DNA of 49,745 nucleotides from a virus (Duplodnaviria; Heunggongvirae; Uroviricota; Caudoviricetes): IMG/VR virus record IMGVR_UViG_3300031857_024897, positions 1 to 49,745 of that record; one strand, 5' to 3'. Shown piece by piece: positions 6,551 to 15,528 of this stretch (position 1 is its first letter; each line of letters starts with the position of its first letter). The notes under the pieces were generated by a model. It saw only the letters and a program-made list of their open reading frames with translations, ran no database searches and was not told where the DNA came from. The position numbers and the translations under genes were made by a program.

Positions 6551-6623
6551 TATCGGGTACGGGGTTCGAACCCGCGTTTTAGCCTTGAAAGGGCTATGTA
6601 CTAACCAACTATACGAACCCGAC
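6551..6623 (-). tRNA. trnE: tRNA-Glu(TTC)
   Basis: GTCGGGT/ACCCGAT, TAGCC-CTTTCAA-GGCTA. Confidence 0.92.
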
Positions 6624-6642
6624 ATTTCATTTAATGACACTG

Positions 6643-6650
6643 CAAAGATA
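6643..6650 (-). promoter_or_regulatory. Bacteroidota-type -7 element TATCTTTG upstream of tRNA-Glu/Arg
   Basis: TAnnTTTG 19 nt 5' of the tRNA; TTG 21 nt further upstream. Confidence 0.62.
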
Positions 6651-6693
6651 CGATAATACAATTCAAAAGTCCAAATATTTTTTAAAGTATTTT

Positions 6694-7440
6694 TTACCAA
6701 TCACCACCTGCACCTCCGCCACCAAAGTCCCCACCACCAAAACTACCGCCACCAAAGTCCCCACCACCAAAACTACCGCCACCAGGGCCACCACCAAAAA
6801 TATTTGGATCAAAAGTAGGGAATTTAAAGTCATCATCGTCATCCTTTTTTTTGCCTGAATTTGTATGTGACCCGTATGACCTATATGGCCTATCTAGCGT
6901 AGAAGATCTTTTTTTCGGCGATTTGAAAAAAATGTCAAACTTAGCATCGATACGTTCAAATAAATTATATAAAGTTACTGTTGCGATATAAACATTTGAA
7001 TTATCGCTATAATCAAACTTGTTAAGGTCCTCCATTACAGATTTAATATCTGTAAGTATAGGGTCAATACTTGATTTATAATACGGAGCTACTTGTATTA
7101 GATTCCTAAGAAGATCAGAATATGTCACTAAACTATATTTACCACTACCAGAAAAATCTATGATTTTTTTTACAATAGACTTTTTACTTTTTAAGTAAAA
7201 TTTTTCATACCTCAACTTATGTAATAAGTTGTGTATAAAATAAATATTTTTATCTATAATTTTCTTTAATAATTTATCAGCTATTACTTCCCTTGGTTCT
7301 TCAGGAATAGGAATAAAAGCTTCATCTATTCTCCCAACTTTACCGCCATTAATAACTGATTGACCTTCATTTAAGAATTTTTGCTCGATTTGCATATTAG
7401 CTTCTTTAATATGCCTTATTTTACTATAACTTTTGTTCAT
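6694..7440 (-). CDS. Hypothetical protein with Gly-rich C-terminal tail (GGGSFGGGDF repeats ending GGAGGDW)
   Basis: Translation; N-terminal leader ending FLNE. Confidence 0.75.
   Translation of the reverse strand: MNKSYSKIRHIKEANMQIEQKFLNEGQSVINGGKVGRIDEAFIPIPEEPREVIADKLLKKIIDKNIYFIHNLLHKLRYEKFYLKSKKSIVKKIIDFSGSGKYSLVTYSDLLRNLIQVAPYYKSSIDPILTDIKSVMEDLNKFDYSDNSNVYIATVTLYNLFERIDAKFDIFFKSPKKRSSTLDRPYRSYGSHTNSGKKKDDDDDFKFPTFDPNIFGGGPGGGSFGGGDFGGGSFGGGDFGGGGAGGDW
6719..6778. repeat. 30-bp tandem duplication encoding GSFGGGDFGG x2
   Basis: ccaccaaagtccccaccaccaaaactaccg repeated twice. Confidence 0.9.
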
Positions 7441-7599
7441 AACTTTTTTATTATAAATATTTTTATTTTAAAAAAAAACAACAAAACTACTTGCCGATAG
7501 AAAAAATATCTAGTATTATTATTTAGATAATATATTTATATATTAAATATATATAATAATAATATTATTATAATTAAAATAATTAATTAATAATTATAT

Positions 7600-8094
7600 A
7601 TGGATAAAGTATTAGTATTAAATGCAGATTATACTCCAATAAACGTTACCTCTCAAAAAAGAGGGTTTAAACTTGTGCACAAAGGTAAGGCAGAAGTTGT
7701 TAAAGAGTCTGAAGATCGTATATCTTCAATATACAGAACTTACATAAAGCCACTGATTATCAGGTTGCTAAATTATGTAAGTATCAGCAAAAAACATTTA
7801 AAAGTGTCAAAAACACGAATATATAGAAGAGATGGTTTTGAATGCGTTTATTGTGGGTCTAAAAGAAACCTTACGATAGATCACGTAGTACCAAAATCAC
7901 GAGGTGGTGATAACTCATGGAATAATATGGTAACTTGCTGTAATAAATGTAATTTTAATAAAGCAGATAGAACACCTAAAGAAGCTAACATGGTTATGAT
8001 TAAAAAACCATTCGAACCTTCTATTTTTGCAGAAATCCTCACAAATTCTATGGAAGATGTCTGGATTGACTACAAAAAATCGTTCACATATTAA
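7600..8094 (+). CDS. HNH endonuclease (McrA-like)
   Basis: VLVLNADYTP, RDGFECVYCG, TIDHVVPKSRGG, WNNMVTCCNKCNFNK. Confidence 0.9.
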   Translation: MDKVLVLNADYTPINVTSQKRGFKLVHKGKAEVVKESEDRISSIYRTYIKPLIIRLLNYVSISKKHLKVSKTRIYRRDGFECVYCGSKRNLTIDHVVPKSRGGDNSWNNMVTCCNKCNFNKADRTPKEANMVMIKKPFEPSIFAEILTNSMEDVWIDYKKSFTY

Positions 8095-8095
8095 T

Positions 8096-8124
8096 TTGAC
8101 AATGTAAAAACTAATTTATACTCT
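8096..8124 (+). promoter_or_regulatory. Sigma70-like promoter TTGACA-N17-TACTCT for tRNA-Leu(AAG)/clpP
   Basis: Perfect -35 and TAnnnT -10 at 17-nt spacing, 15 nt before the tRNA. Confidence 0.6.
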
Positions 8125-8139
8125 TGTTGAGTAAATAAT

Positions 8140-8221
8140 GCGGTAGTGGTGAAATTGGTAGACACGTATCACTAAGGATGATATTCCGAAAGGAGTGGGG
8201 GTTCGAGTCCCTTTTACCGCA
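8140..8221 (+). tRNA. trnL: tRNA-Leu(AAG)
   Basis: GCGGTAG/TTACCGC, A73, TATCA-CTAAGGA-TGATA, V-arm TCC-GAAA-GGA, TTCGAGT. Confidence 0.92.
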
Positions 8222-8238
8222 CTCAAACAAGATAAATT

Positions 8239-8922
8239 ATGGATATTACAAAAGAATTTACATCTTACTACACAAATCACCTGTATAAACCATCATCACA
8301 TATCGATTATTACTCCCAAAGGATTAATAGCTCTCTAACACCTTACGTTCTTGAAGAAAGAGAACTAAGAGCAACTCAGATCGATATCTTTTCAAGACTT
8401 ATGCGAGAACGCATTCTTTGGGTTGCAGGTGAAGTCGACGATAACATGTCAACCATAGTGCAAGCACAACTCATGTTCCTCGATTCTGTCGAAAATAAAG
8501 AGATCGCAATGCACGTTGATAGCCCAGGAGGATCTGTAAAGTCAGGGCTTTCTATTGTCGATATTATGCAGTACATTAACTCAAATATCGCAACCGTAAA
8601 TACTGGAATTGCAGCATCTATGGGATCAGTTATACTTGGTGCCGGAACTAAGGGCCTAAGACGATCTCTTAAGTTCTCAAGGACTATGCTACACCAATCA
8701 TCAGCCGGATTTAGAGGTAATATTCAAGACGCAACAATCTATATGGATGAATGGATGAGAAGTAATGAAATTCTATTCGAACTTCTTGGTGAATTTTGCT
8801 CGAAAGACAAAGAAGAAGTTAAACGACACGCACAACGTGATCTATGGCTAACTGCTGATGAAGCTCTAGAATATGGAATCATCGACGAAGTAATTCGAAA
8901 AAAAACAAATGGGGGGCAATAA
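8239..8922 (+). CDS. clpP: ATP-dependent Clp protease proteolytic subunit
   Basis: DIFSRLMRERIL, DSPGGSV, AASMG (catalytic Ser), MLHQ (His), RDLWLTADEALEYGIIDEV. Confidence 0.95.
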   Translation: MDITKEFTSYYTNHLYKPSSHIDYYSQRINSSLTPYVLEERELRATQIDIFSRLMRERILWVAGEVDDNMSTIVQAQLMFLDSVENKEIAMHVDSPGGSVKSGLSIVDIMQYINSNIATVNTGIAASMGSVILGAGTKGLRRSLKFSRTMLHQSSAGFRGNIQDATIYMDEWMRSNEILFELLGEFCSKDKEEVKRHAQRDLWLTADEALEYGIIDEVIRKKTNGGQ

Positions 8923-8937
8923 GCCTCCCATTTGTTT
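8904..8937. terminator. Terminator hairpin at the clpP 3' end
   Basis: AAACAAATGGGGGGC-AATAA-GCCTCCCATTTGTTT. Confidence 0.75.
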
Positions 8938-8996
8938 TAATTACCTCCTTTTTTTAAAAACATTTATAAAATTAGGTGACTAAACCTAATTATCTA

Positions 8997-10133
8997 TTAA
9001 TATCTTCTATTCTTCCTATTATAAGCTTCAACTAGTTGTTCTCTAATTATAGTTGTTAAATCTTTTGTTTTACTTTCTGCTAGTGATGCAGGATTATCTT
9101 TATTTAGCCTAACTAATTCTTGGTAATTATTTTTGTATTTAAAATTAAAGGCTCTACCTCTTTCATCCCTAGCTGTAGCACACTGTTTTAAAACATTTTT
9201 TAAATAAGTTATTTCTTGAAGATCTAACTGCCTTGAATATTGATTTTTACGTTTGTATAACCCATCATAAATAACAGTCATAGCAAATTGACAATCATCC
9301 GTAACACTTGACATGTTTAATTTATTTTTAATACCGTCAATAACTGATGCTCTATTTCCTTTAGTTATTGCTGAATAAGGACAATACATTACAAAATTTG
9401 AGTCAAATAAATTACGAAACTCAGGAATTTGAGATAATCTTACTTGATAATATTGGTTAATTTGAGTAGCTGGTGGGACTACATCAGTACAACCACTTAA
9501 TGACTTATAAGAGTTAATAATTTGTGCTTGTTGTTCTTTTTGCTGTTGATTAAGAGCGGTTTTAGATTTATATAAGTAATATACGCCTTTTTTAAAAAAA
9601 ACGTCAGGTGCTTTTTCAGCTAAATCAACTCTGTCACATAATTTTTCGTCAAATGGTGTAGTTATACAACCTTCCTGCGTATTTGCACTCAAGCTATATC
9701 CCTGTTTAAGGTATCTACTATTATTTATCCATTCTTTTTGAGCTGGAGTTAGATTTCCAGCTGAAATTAAATTCGTTGGTGGTTGATAATTTTCACAAGT
9801 CCATCTTAATAGATATTTACCAGTGTTTTTATCATACGTACCAGGAACATAACTACCATATCTAAATAAAGCATAAGTCCCTTTAGGTGTTCCGTTTACA
9901 AATTCAAAATCATCAGAAACAACATAATAATCACCTCTTTTTACTGGCGGTTTTCGATCCGGACGATCAACATCGGCTATAGCTAGCCAATAAGTTCCGG
10001 TATCAGTCGGCTGCAATCCGGTAGTAAATTTACATGAATTATTCGCAACTAAGTCTGCCATAGTAATAGGATTAGGCAGTGACAGACCAGTTCCTTGCTC
10101 ATTTATTATTTTTTTTTCAAACTTTTCTCTCAT
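8997..10133 (-). CDS. Hypothetical virion-associated protein
   Basis: 378-aa ORF, leader ending IINE. Confidence 0.75.
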   Translation of the reverse strand: MREKFEKKIINEQGTGLSLPNPITMADLVANNSCKFTTGLQPTDTGTYWLAIADVDRPDRKPPVKRGDYYVVSDDFEFVNGTPKGTYALFRYGSYVPGTYDKNTGKYLLRWTCENYQPPTNLISAGNLTPAQKEWINNSRYLKQGYSLSANTQEGCITTPFDEKLCDRVDLAEKAPDVFFKKGVYYLYKSKTALNQQQKEQQAQIINSYKSLSGCTDVVPPATQINQYYQVRLSQIPEFRNLFDSNFVMYCPYSAITKGNRASVIDGIKNKLNMSSVTDDCQFAMTVIYDGLYKRKNQYSRQLDLQEITYLKNVLKQCATARDERGRAFNFKYKNNYQELVRLNKDNPASLAESKTKDLTTIIREQLVEAYNRKNRRY

Positions 10134-10157
10134 AAGATGAAATTTTATATATTTTAA

Positions 10158-11138
10158 TTATCTTTCGTTAACTTCGTCGTAAGCCCCTGGCGGAGGTGTG
10201 TTAGGAACCCCGTTAGGACATAGTTTATTCAGGTCAGTGTTTGTATCAAATGTTTCCTTTCCTAATGTTCTCTTAACATAATCTAAAGTAGATGGTCCAA
10301 ATTTGTCGTCTCTAGGTAATCCAGCACAAGATTGAATTTTTGAAATTGCAGGACTAATGCAACCAAATCTATACTCAGGACCTGGGCAATTAACGTATCC
10401 TGAACCACCTGGTGTTCCTCCCCCACCTGGTGTTCCGCCACCAGGTGTACTTGGAGTATTTGATTGTTCTGATGCCAATCTAGATATTATGTTTAATACC
10501 TCTCTAAATTTTTTATCACCAGGATTTCTATAATAGAAATCAGATAGTTGTGCTAAAAATTTAGATTTATTATCTAAAGAACCGTAAAAAAGGTTAAAAA
10601 GGCACAATTCATCAAAATTGCTAAAGTTACCTAAAAAACCAATTAGAGCATCTGTATCATATACACCAGATTTAGGCCCTTCATCTAATATATCGGTTAA
10701 TTCAGCAGATAACCTTTGTAGTTTTGCTTGTACTTGATTTGACCAATTACTACCTAACGCATCTTTTGACTTGCATTGATTAAACCAACTATATAAATAG
10801 TTAATTGTGTTTTTAACATTTTCTGGTGTTGCAGGGTTAACTGACCCACCACCTCTGTAATATCCTTGAGGCTTGTTATTATTGTCGAATATTAAAGCAA
10901 TGTCTTGTCCGGAAGGAGTTCTAACTATTTTAACTGTAAATTCACCATTAGGATCATTTTCGCCTTCACTATTTACTCTAATATTAGTATTTCTTACAGA
11001 TCTTGGTTCATATGTTGGAATAGCACCACCTTCTTCTTGCTCGCTAACTAACTCAATATTTTCACGTAAAGTTTTTCTTGTATCATAGTTTGTATACAAC
11101 AAAAAATCTTTTTTTATGTCATGAATTGATTTTTTCAT
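10158..11138 (-). CDS. Hypothetical protein with C-terminal peptidoglycan-binding-like domain
   Basis: Gly/Pro linker then ISKIQSCAGLPRDDKFGPSTLDYV, resembling PG_binding_1 (LQ..L..DG.FGP.T). Confidence 0.55.
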   Translation of the reverse strand: MKKSIHDIKKDFLLYTNYDTRKTLRENIELVSEQEEGGAIPTYEPRSVRNTNIRVNSEGENDPNGEFTVKIVRTPSGQDIALIFDNNNKPQGYYRGGGSVNPATPENVKNTINYLYSWFNQCKSKDALGSNWSNQVQAKLQRLSAELTDILDEGPKSGVYDTDALIGFLGNFSNFDELCLFNLFYGSLDNKSKFLAQLSDFYYRNPGDKKFREVLNIISRLASEQSNTPSTPGGGTPGGGGTPGGSGYVNCPGPEYRFGCISPAISKIQSCAGLPRDDKFGPSTLDYVKRTLGKETFDTNTDLNKLCPNGVPNTPPPGAYDEVNER

Positions 11139-11178
11139 ATCTTATTTTTTAATATAAATATTATAATTATAAATATAA

Positions 11179-11943
11179 TTACTGTGATTTAATAGAATAA
11201 TCTGGTAAAATATTTGTCTTGAATTGTTCAGGCTCTCCGTTATAAACTCGGTTGTAATACCAATAAACCAATCCTGCCATCGCTAACGTTATTCCTATAG
11301 CATTAAAATAATCGCGATAATAACTAATAAAAGACTGTTGATTCATATTTCCAGCACTTTGAACTATTTGCCCTTTAGAACCTAACCCGCTTAGTTTTGC
11401 GTCTGTTTTAGCTAAAAAATTTATTTGATCTGGTTTTAATTTATTAAATTGAGCACTAAACAAATTTATTGTCGACTCGTCTGGAGAATATTTATTTAAT
11501 ACATTTGTAGCCTCTTTAGAGTAGGTACTTGGAGTAAATTTAGTTTTAACTTCATCAAATATTGATTTTATCTCGTCTGAACTTAATTTAGACCCTCTAG
11601 CTTGTTCTAGTTCAGCTGCTCTTTTAAGAACGGCAATTTTTCTAGCATCTTTTATTTCTTTCATAAGAGCAGGATCATATGCCGCAGTTCTACTTGGATT
11701 TAAGTTATCAACAGCTAACTTGATCTCATCATAAGTCATGTTGCTATATTTTTGTAAATTTTGCGGCTCAATATCTTTGGTTAATTTTTTTAAAACTTGA
11801 CCATATATACCCAAACTTCTACCTATTTTACGAAATAAATTCTCATTAATTAAATTAGAACTCTCATTATGATTAAATCTATTATCGTATTCTGATAATA
11901 GTTTGAATTTATTTAAATATAAATTAATTTCACTTTGATTCAT
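11179..11943 (-). CDS. Hypothetical protein with C-terminal TM helix
   Basis: AIGITLAMAGLVYWYY; leader ending LINE. Confidence 0.7.
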   Translation of the reverse strand: MNQSEINLYLNKFKLLSEYDNRFNHNESSNLINENLFRKIGRSLGIYGQVLKKLTKDIEPQNLQKYSNMTYDEIKLAVDNLNPSRTAAYDPALMKEIKDARKIAVLKRAAELEQARGSKLSSDEIKSIFDEVKTKFTPSTYSKEATNVLNKYSPDESTINLFSAQFNKLKPDQINFLAKTDAKLSGLGSKGQIVQSAGNMNQQSFISYYRDYFNAIGITLAMAGLVYWYYNRVYNGEPEQFKTNILPDYSIKSQ

Positions 11944-11953
11944 GTCATTTTTT

Positions 11954-13153
11954 TTAGTTAAAGAATGGATCAGTTTTTAACTGATTAACCATGTAATCTA
12001 TTTGATTAGCAGTAGCGACTGGAACCATACGGCTATTATCTTGATTTGTTACGGTATCGGCGGCAAAGTTAACACCTACTTCAGCACCAACATTTTTTGC
12101 GACATTTCCAGTTTTTTTGGTGACAATATTACCAAGTACAGTAACCGCTCTTTGAATAAAATTTGAAATACCACTAACAATTGGAGCAAAAAACGAATAA
12201 ATTTTTGGCGATTTATTTTTCAATATCGACATTCCTTCAGATATTTTACCAGGTAAATTTCCAAAATATCCAATTATTTTTTGTAAAAATCCGACAGACT
12301 CTGGATTTTTAGTTATTGCGGCTACAGTACCAAAAGTTTTTTTAGCTGCAATAGCCGCCGCACCTGTAGTAAATAGTCCGATACAATCAATACCTATAGT
12401 AACGTATCTAAGCCATTCAGGTACGTTAGGGTCTTCATACTCTCCAGTATAGATTTCATAAAAATCTAACATTACAATAATAAACCAGGGAATCCACTGT
12501 ACAGCTTTACCAATACCTGTTGCGACAAGAATAGCATCAACAATACCTCCTGCCACTGAATACATCGCAGATCTTATTGATCTAGCAATATACAATACAC
12601 CTTTTGATAGAATATCTTTTATTTTTGCCCAATCAAAATTTGCCACAGCAGATCCTAAATCTTTTGCACCTGTAGCTACAGTATTAGCAAAGTCTGTTAC
12701 CCCAGAAACTGTTTTATTATACTCATTTCCTAACCAATTACCAAATTTATTTAAAAGGCCACCACCTTCATTCTCGGCTTCAAGCAATATTTTTTTGTTT
12801 TGCTTAGTGAATGATACTGTTTCGTTAATTTGTTTTTTAAAGGTAGAAATATTTTCAGTTAAAACTAAGGATCTAACTTCTTTTATTAAACCTTCCTTAA
12901 CAACTTTAGGGATGTTTTTAGATACATTATAAGAATATTCTAAAAAAAACTTTAGATTATTATAATCTTCAAGGATATTACCAATTATCCTTTTGTTTTT
13001 AACGTCTATTAATTCGTCTAAAAAGATTACATACTTATCATCGGGAGAAACCCACTCAACTATAGCATATGTTTCGTTTTTCTTGTTAAAGGAACTAAAT
13101 TTATGCTGTTCAAGTATGCTACGTTTATCTATTTTATAATTTTGCTTAATCAT
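11954..13153 (-). CDS. Hypothetical protein with several hydrophobic/amphipathic helices
   Basis: VAGGIVDAILVATGIG, IPWFIIVMLDF, IGIDCIGLFTTGAAAIAA. Confidence 0.7.
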   Translation of the reverse strand: MIKQNYKIDKRSILEQHKFSSFNKKNETYAIVEWVSPDDKYVIFLDELIDVKNKRIIGNILEDYNNLKFFLEYSYNVSKNIPKVVKEGLIKEVRSLVLTENISTFKKQINETVSFTKQNKKILLEAENEGGGLLNKFGNWLGNEYNKTVSGVTDFANTVATGAKDLGSAVANFDWAKIKDILSKGVLYIARSIRSAMYSVAGGIVDAILVATGIGKAVQWIPWFIIVMLDFYEIYTGEYEDPNVPEWLRYVTIGIDCIGLFTTGAAAIAAKKTFGTVAAITKNPESVGFLQKIIGYFGNLPGKISEGMSILKNKSPKIYSFFAPIVSGISNFIQRAVTVLGNIVTKKTGNVAKNVGAEVGVNFAADTVTNQDNSRMVPVATANQIDYMVNQLKTDPFFN

Positions 13154-13422
13154 TACGGTAATGGATTTGCTGCTCCTCTTTTTATTGAATAATTATCACT
13201 CCATTTTTGGTTTGAAATTGGGTTTGCAAGCCCTCTAGATGCCCCTGAATCCCATTTTTGGTCTTTAGTCATCAATGGATTTGCTTTACCCCTAGTTGCA
13301 CCACTAGACCAAACAGTAACATTGCTTTTTGGTGTAGCTTCTACATCAGCTTGCTCACCCAACTCACTGTATTGTGTGGTGTATTTATTCATAATTTTAA
13401 TTATTTCGTTAATACTATACAT
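13153..13422 (-). CDS. Hypothetical protein with internal W.SG..RG.ANP repeats
   Basis: WSSGATRGKANP, WDSGASRGLANP, WSDNYSIKRGAANP. Confidence 0.7.
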   Translation of the reverse strand: MYSINEIIKIMNKYTTQYSELGEQADVEATPKSNVTVWSSGATRGKANPLMTKDQKWDSGASRGLANPISNQKWSDNYSIKRGAANPLP

Positions 13423-13427
13423 AAATA

Positions 13428-13733
13428 TTATAAAAAGCTTTTTTTAGGCATTCTTTCCGGATATACAACATAATATTCATTTAAGAATGACAATAAATCA
13501 TACCCCTCAAAATTAAATTCAATAGGCTCTAAATCATCATCATAATTAATTATTACATCCTCGTCGGTAAATCCAAAATTGTTTAGCTCGTTTAATTCAA
13601 TTATATCTGATCTGAAATCATCTTCAGTTTCATTTACAGGGTCATTTACAGTGTCAGTTGACACTCTAAATTCTACTTCAATGATTTTTGAATCAATATT
13701 AATGTTATATGATATTAACTCAATTATTTCCAT
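13428..13733 (-). CDS. Acidic hypothetical protein
   Basis: 101-aa ORF within the operon. Confidence 0.7.
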   Translation of the reverse strand: MEIIELISYNINIDSKIIEVEFRVSTDTVNDPVNETEDDFRSDIIELNELNNFGFTDEDVIINYDDDLEPIEFNFEGYDLLSFLNEYYVVYPERMPKKSFL

Positions 13734-13736
13734 AAT

Positions 13737-14240
13737 TTAAATTATTCTAATACGTTTAAACATATTAAGGGATTTATTTATCGATTCGTCTAATGACATG
13801 TGATCACTCTCAGTATAATCAAATTTGCCTGTAAAGCCATCAATTTCATCCATTTCATTCATAGTGCCACACTCGCAGACTTCTTCATTTAAACCGCATT
13901 TTTTACATTTAGTCGGCTTGCCTTTTTTCTTGCCACATTTGCAAACCTCCTCATTTAAACCGCATTTTTTGCACTTCTTTTTCTTCTCATTGATTTCCGT
14001 ATTGCGATACTCCATTACATCACCTTTGTTATTAACAGTGATCCCTTTTTTATCTGCGGCAAAATCTTCTACAAATAATGGTGTGCTATTATTTTGTCCG
14101 TAATGAGTAGTCATTCCTTCATATTCGGATCTTATACTTTCATTTATCTTAGTTTTACCCCAGATAGGTTGTTGCGTATTATGCATTTCTAAAATGCTAT
14201 CTCTCTCTGACTTATTTACTTTTAATAGATATCTTTTCAT
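13737..14240 (-). CDS. Hypothetical protein with duplicated CKKCGLNEEVCxCG motif
   Basis: Translation; ILEMH leader motif. Confidence 0.7.
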   Translation of the reverse strand: MKRYLLKVNKSERDSILEMHNTQQPIWGKTKINESIRSEYEGMTTHYGQNNSTPLFVEDFAADKKGITVNNKGDVMEYRNTEINEKKKKCKKCGLNEEVCKCGKKKGKPTKCKKCGLNEEVCECGTMNEMDEIDGFTGKFDYTESDHMSLDESINKSLNMFKRIRII

Positions 14241-14301
14241 GGTCTTTTTATATTAAATATATTATTGATAATATTTATTACAATAAATATTGTCGTCTAT
14301 A

Positions 14302-14919
14302 ATGAAAATACTAATAAATGAATCGCAATTTGTTATTTTATTAACAGAATCTAAATATAAGCCAATTAAAGATGAGTTAAAAAATAGTATAAAGGTTTCA
14401 AATTCAATTATAAAAGAGGTATCCCAGGATACAAAAATGAATTTAACTATGTTAACAACATGGGGGGCTGGTGTAGCAGGATTCATCGGGCCATTAAATA
14501 ACTTTCTAATGACATCTGAGTTTAATCTAACTAAACAAGATGCTGCTTTAATTGCTTGCGCAGTATCAGCCATTGTTTATAATGCTCGTAAAACAGAAAC
14601 TAAAAAACTAATTCAGCTTGTCTATGAAAGAGGATTGGAAAAAGAATACTTAGAAGCCTTATCCGAAGCAAAAGAGCTTAAAAAATCTTTCGTATCATTA
14701 CTAAAAAGTTTGAATATTGCGGCACTTGAAAGCTCAAAAATTATTTCATATACATTTTTAATTCCAATAATCCCAATTTTATTGGATATTAGTAACTCAA
14801 CACCAGAATCAGCTAAACAAATAGCATCAAGAATCGTAGCTTCAATGATCTCATTGGGGGCAGGACAGTTGACAAAAGAAATATTAACAAACCTAATTTC
14901 ACGTTTTAAAGAAAAATAA
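14302..14919 (+). CDS. Hydrophobic helical protein, paralogue of 32198..32911 (start revised to ATG 14302)
   Basis: MKILINESQ..LLTE leader; GF..P...FL.T.EF.L motif shared with the paralogue. Confidence 0.7.
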   Translation: MKILINESQFVILLTESKYKPIKDELKNSIKVSNSIIKEVSQDTKMNLTMLTTWGAGVAGFIGPLNNFLMTSEFNLTKQDAALIACAVSAIVYNARKTETKKLIQLVYERGLEKEYLEALSEAKELKKSFVSLLKSLNIAALESSKIISYTFLIPIIPILLDISNSTPESAKQIASRIVASMISLGAGQLTKEILTNLISRFKEK

Positions 14920-15087
14920 ATGGCAACTAAACAAAAAGACACAAAATTGAAATACGAACTCAAATTTGAAGACGAAATATCGATAGATATTTGGAAATTT
15001 GATAAAACAAAATCAAAATTTGGTCCCGTTGAAGTTATAATAACATATAAAAACGAAATGAACGCAAAAAGGCCTATCAAACGATAG
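14920..15087 (+). CDS. Small hypothetical protein (55 aa, absent from the ORF track)
   Basis: ATG abuts the upstream stop; MATKQKDTKLKYELKFEDEISIDIWKFDKTKSKFGPVEVIITYK... Confidence 0.65.
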   Translation: MATKQKDTKLKYELKFEDEISIDIWKFDKTKSKFGPVEVIITYKNEMNAKRPIKR

Positions 15088-15098
15088 GCCTTTTTTTT
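15066..15098. terminator. Bidirectional terminator
   Basis: AAAAAGGCCTATC-AAAC-GATAGGCCTTTTT. Confidence 0.85.
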
Positions 15099-15493
15099 TA
15101 TATAACTTTTTTCCTCTTTAATGAGGCATAGCATCTTTTATATTGTTCATCTGCAAAATTATTTGCTTCTATTTCATAAGGATTTGACTCGTAATCAAAA
15201 TATTCTTGCAGTATTGAATAATTAGCCATACTGTTTACATATGGCATTTGAATAAAATGTTTATACTCATGAAGTACAGTTTTAATCAACATCTTTTTTG
15301 TTTTACACAACAAAGGATAAACAACAATAACACCATTTGAGTAATAGCCATACCTACGTTTAACTCTGCGATCAAATGATACTATTATTTTTATATTAAA
15401 ATGAGTATCACTAACGGCGAAAAATCGTTTGCACCAATCAAAGGTGGCTGTTGCGATATTGATAGCGTCTTCTTTGTCTTGTATCATTTTCAT
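15098..15493 (-). CDS. Small HEXXH metallopeptidase-like protein
   Basis: VLHEYKHFIQ ... NPYEIEAN; TATCTTTG element at 15498..15505. Confidence 0.65.
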   Translation of the reverse strand: MKMIQDKEDAINIATATFDWCKRFFAVSDTHFNIKIIVSFDRRVKRRYGYYSNGVIVVYPLLCKTKKMLIKTVLHEYKHFIQMPYVNSMANYSILQEYFDYESNPYEIEANNFADEQYKRCYASLKRKKVI

Positions 15494-15528
15494 GACGCAA
15501 AGATATGACGCTTTTTTTATAAAAAAAA

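Noticed and set aside
6634-6858. Plus-strand Thr/Lys-rich repeat ORF (TTKTTATKVP)
   Set aside because: It is the antisense reading of the Gly-rich tail of 6694..7440.
7600-8094. HNH as an intron or homing endonuclease, or a mobile element
   Set aside because: It is free-standing, interrupts no gene, has no flanking intron structure or terminal repeats, and matches the compact McrA-like type.
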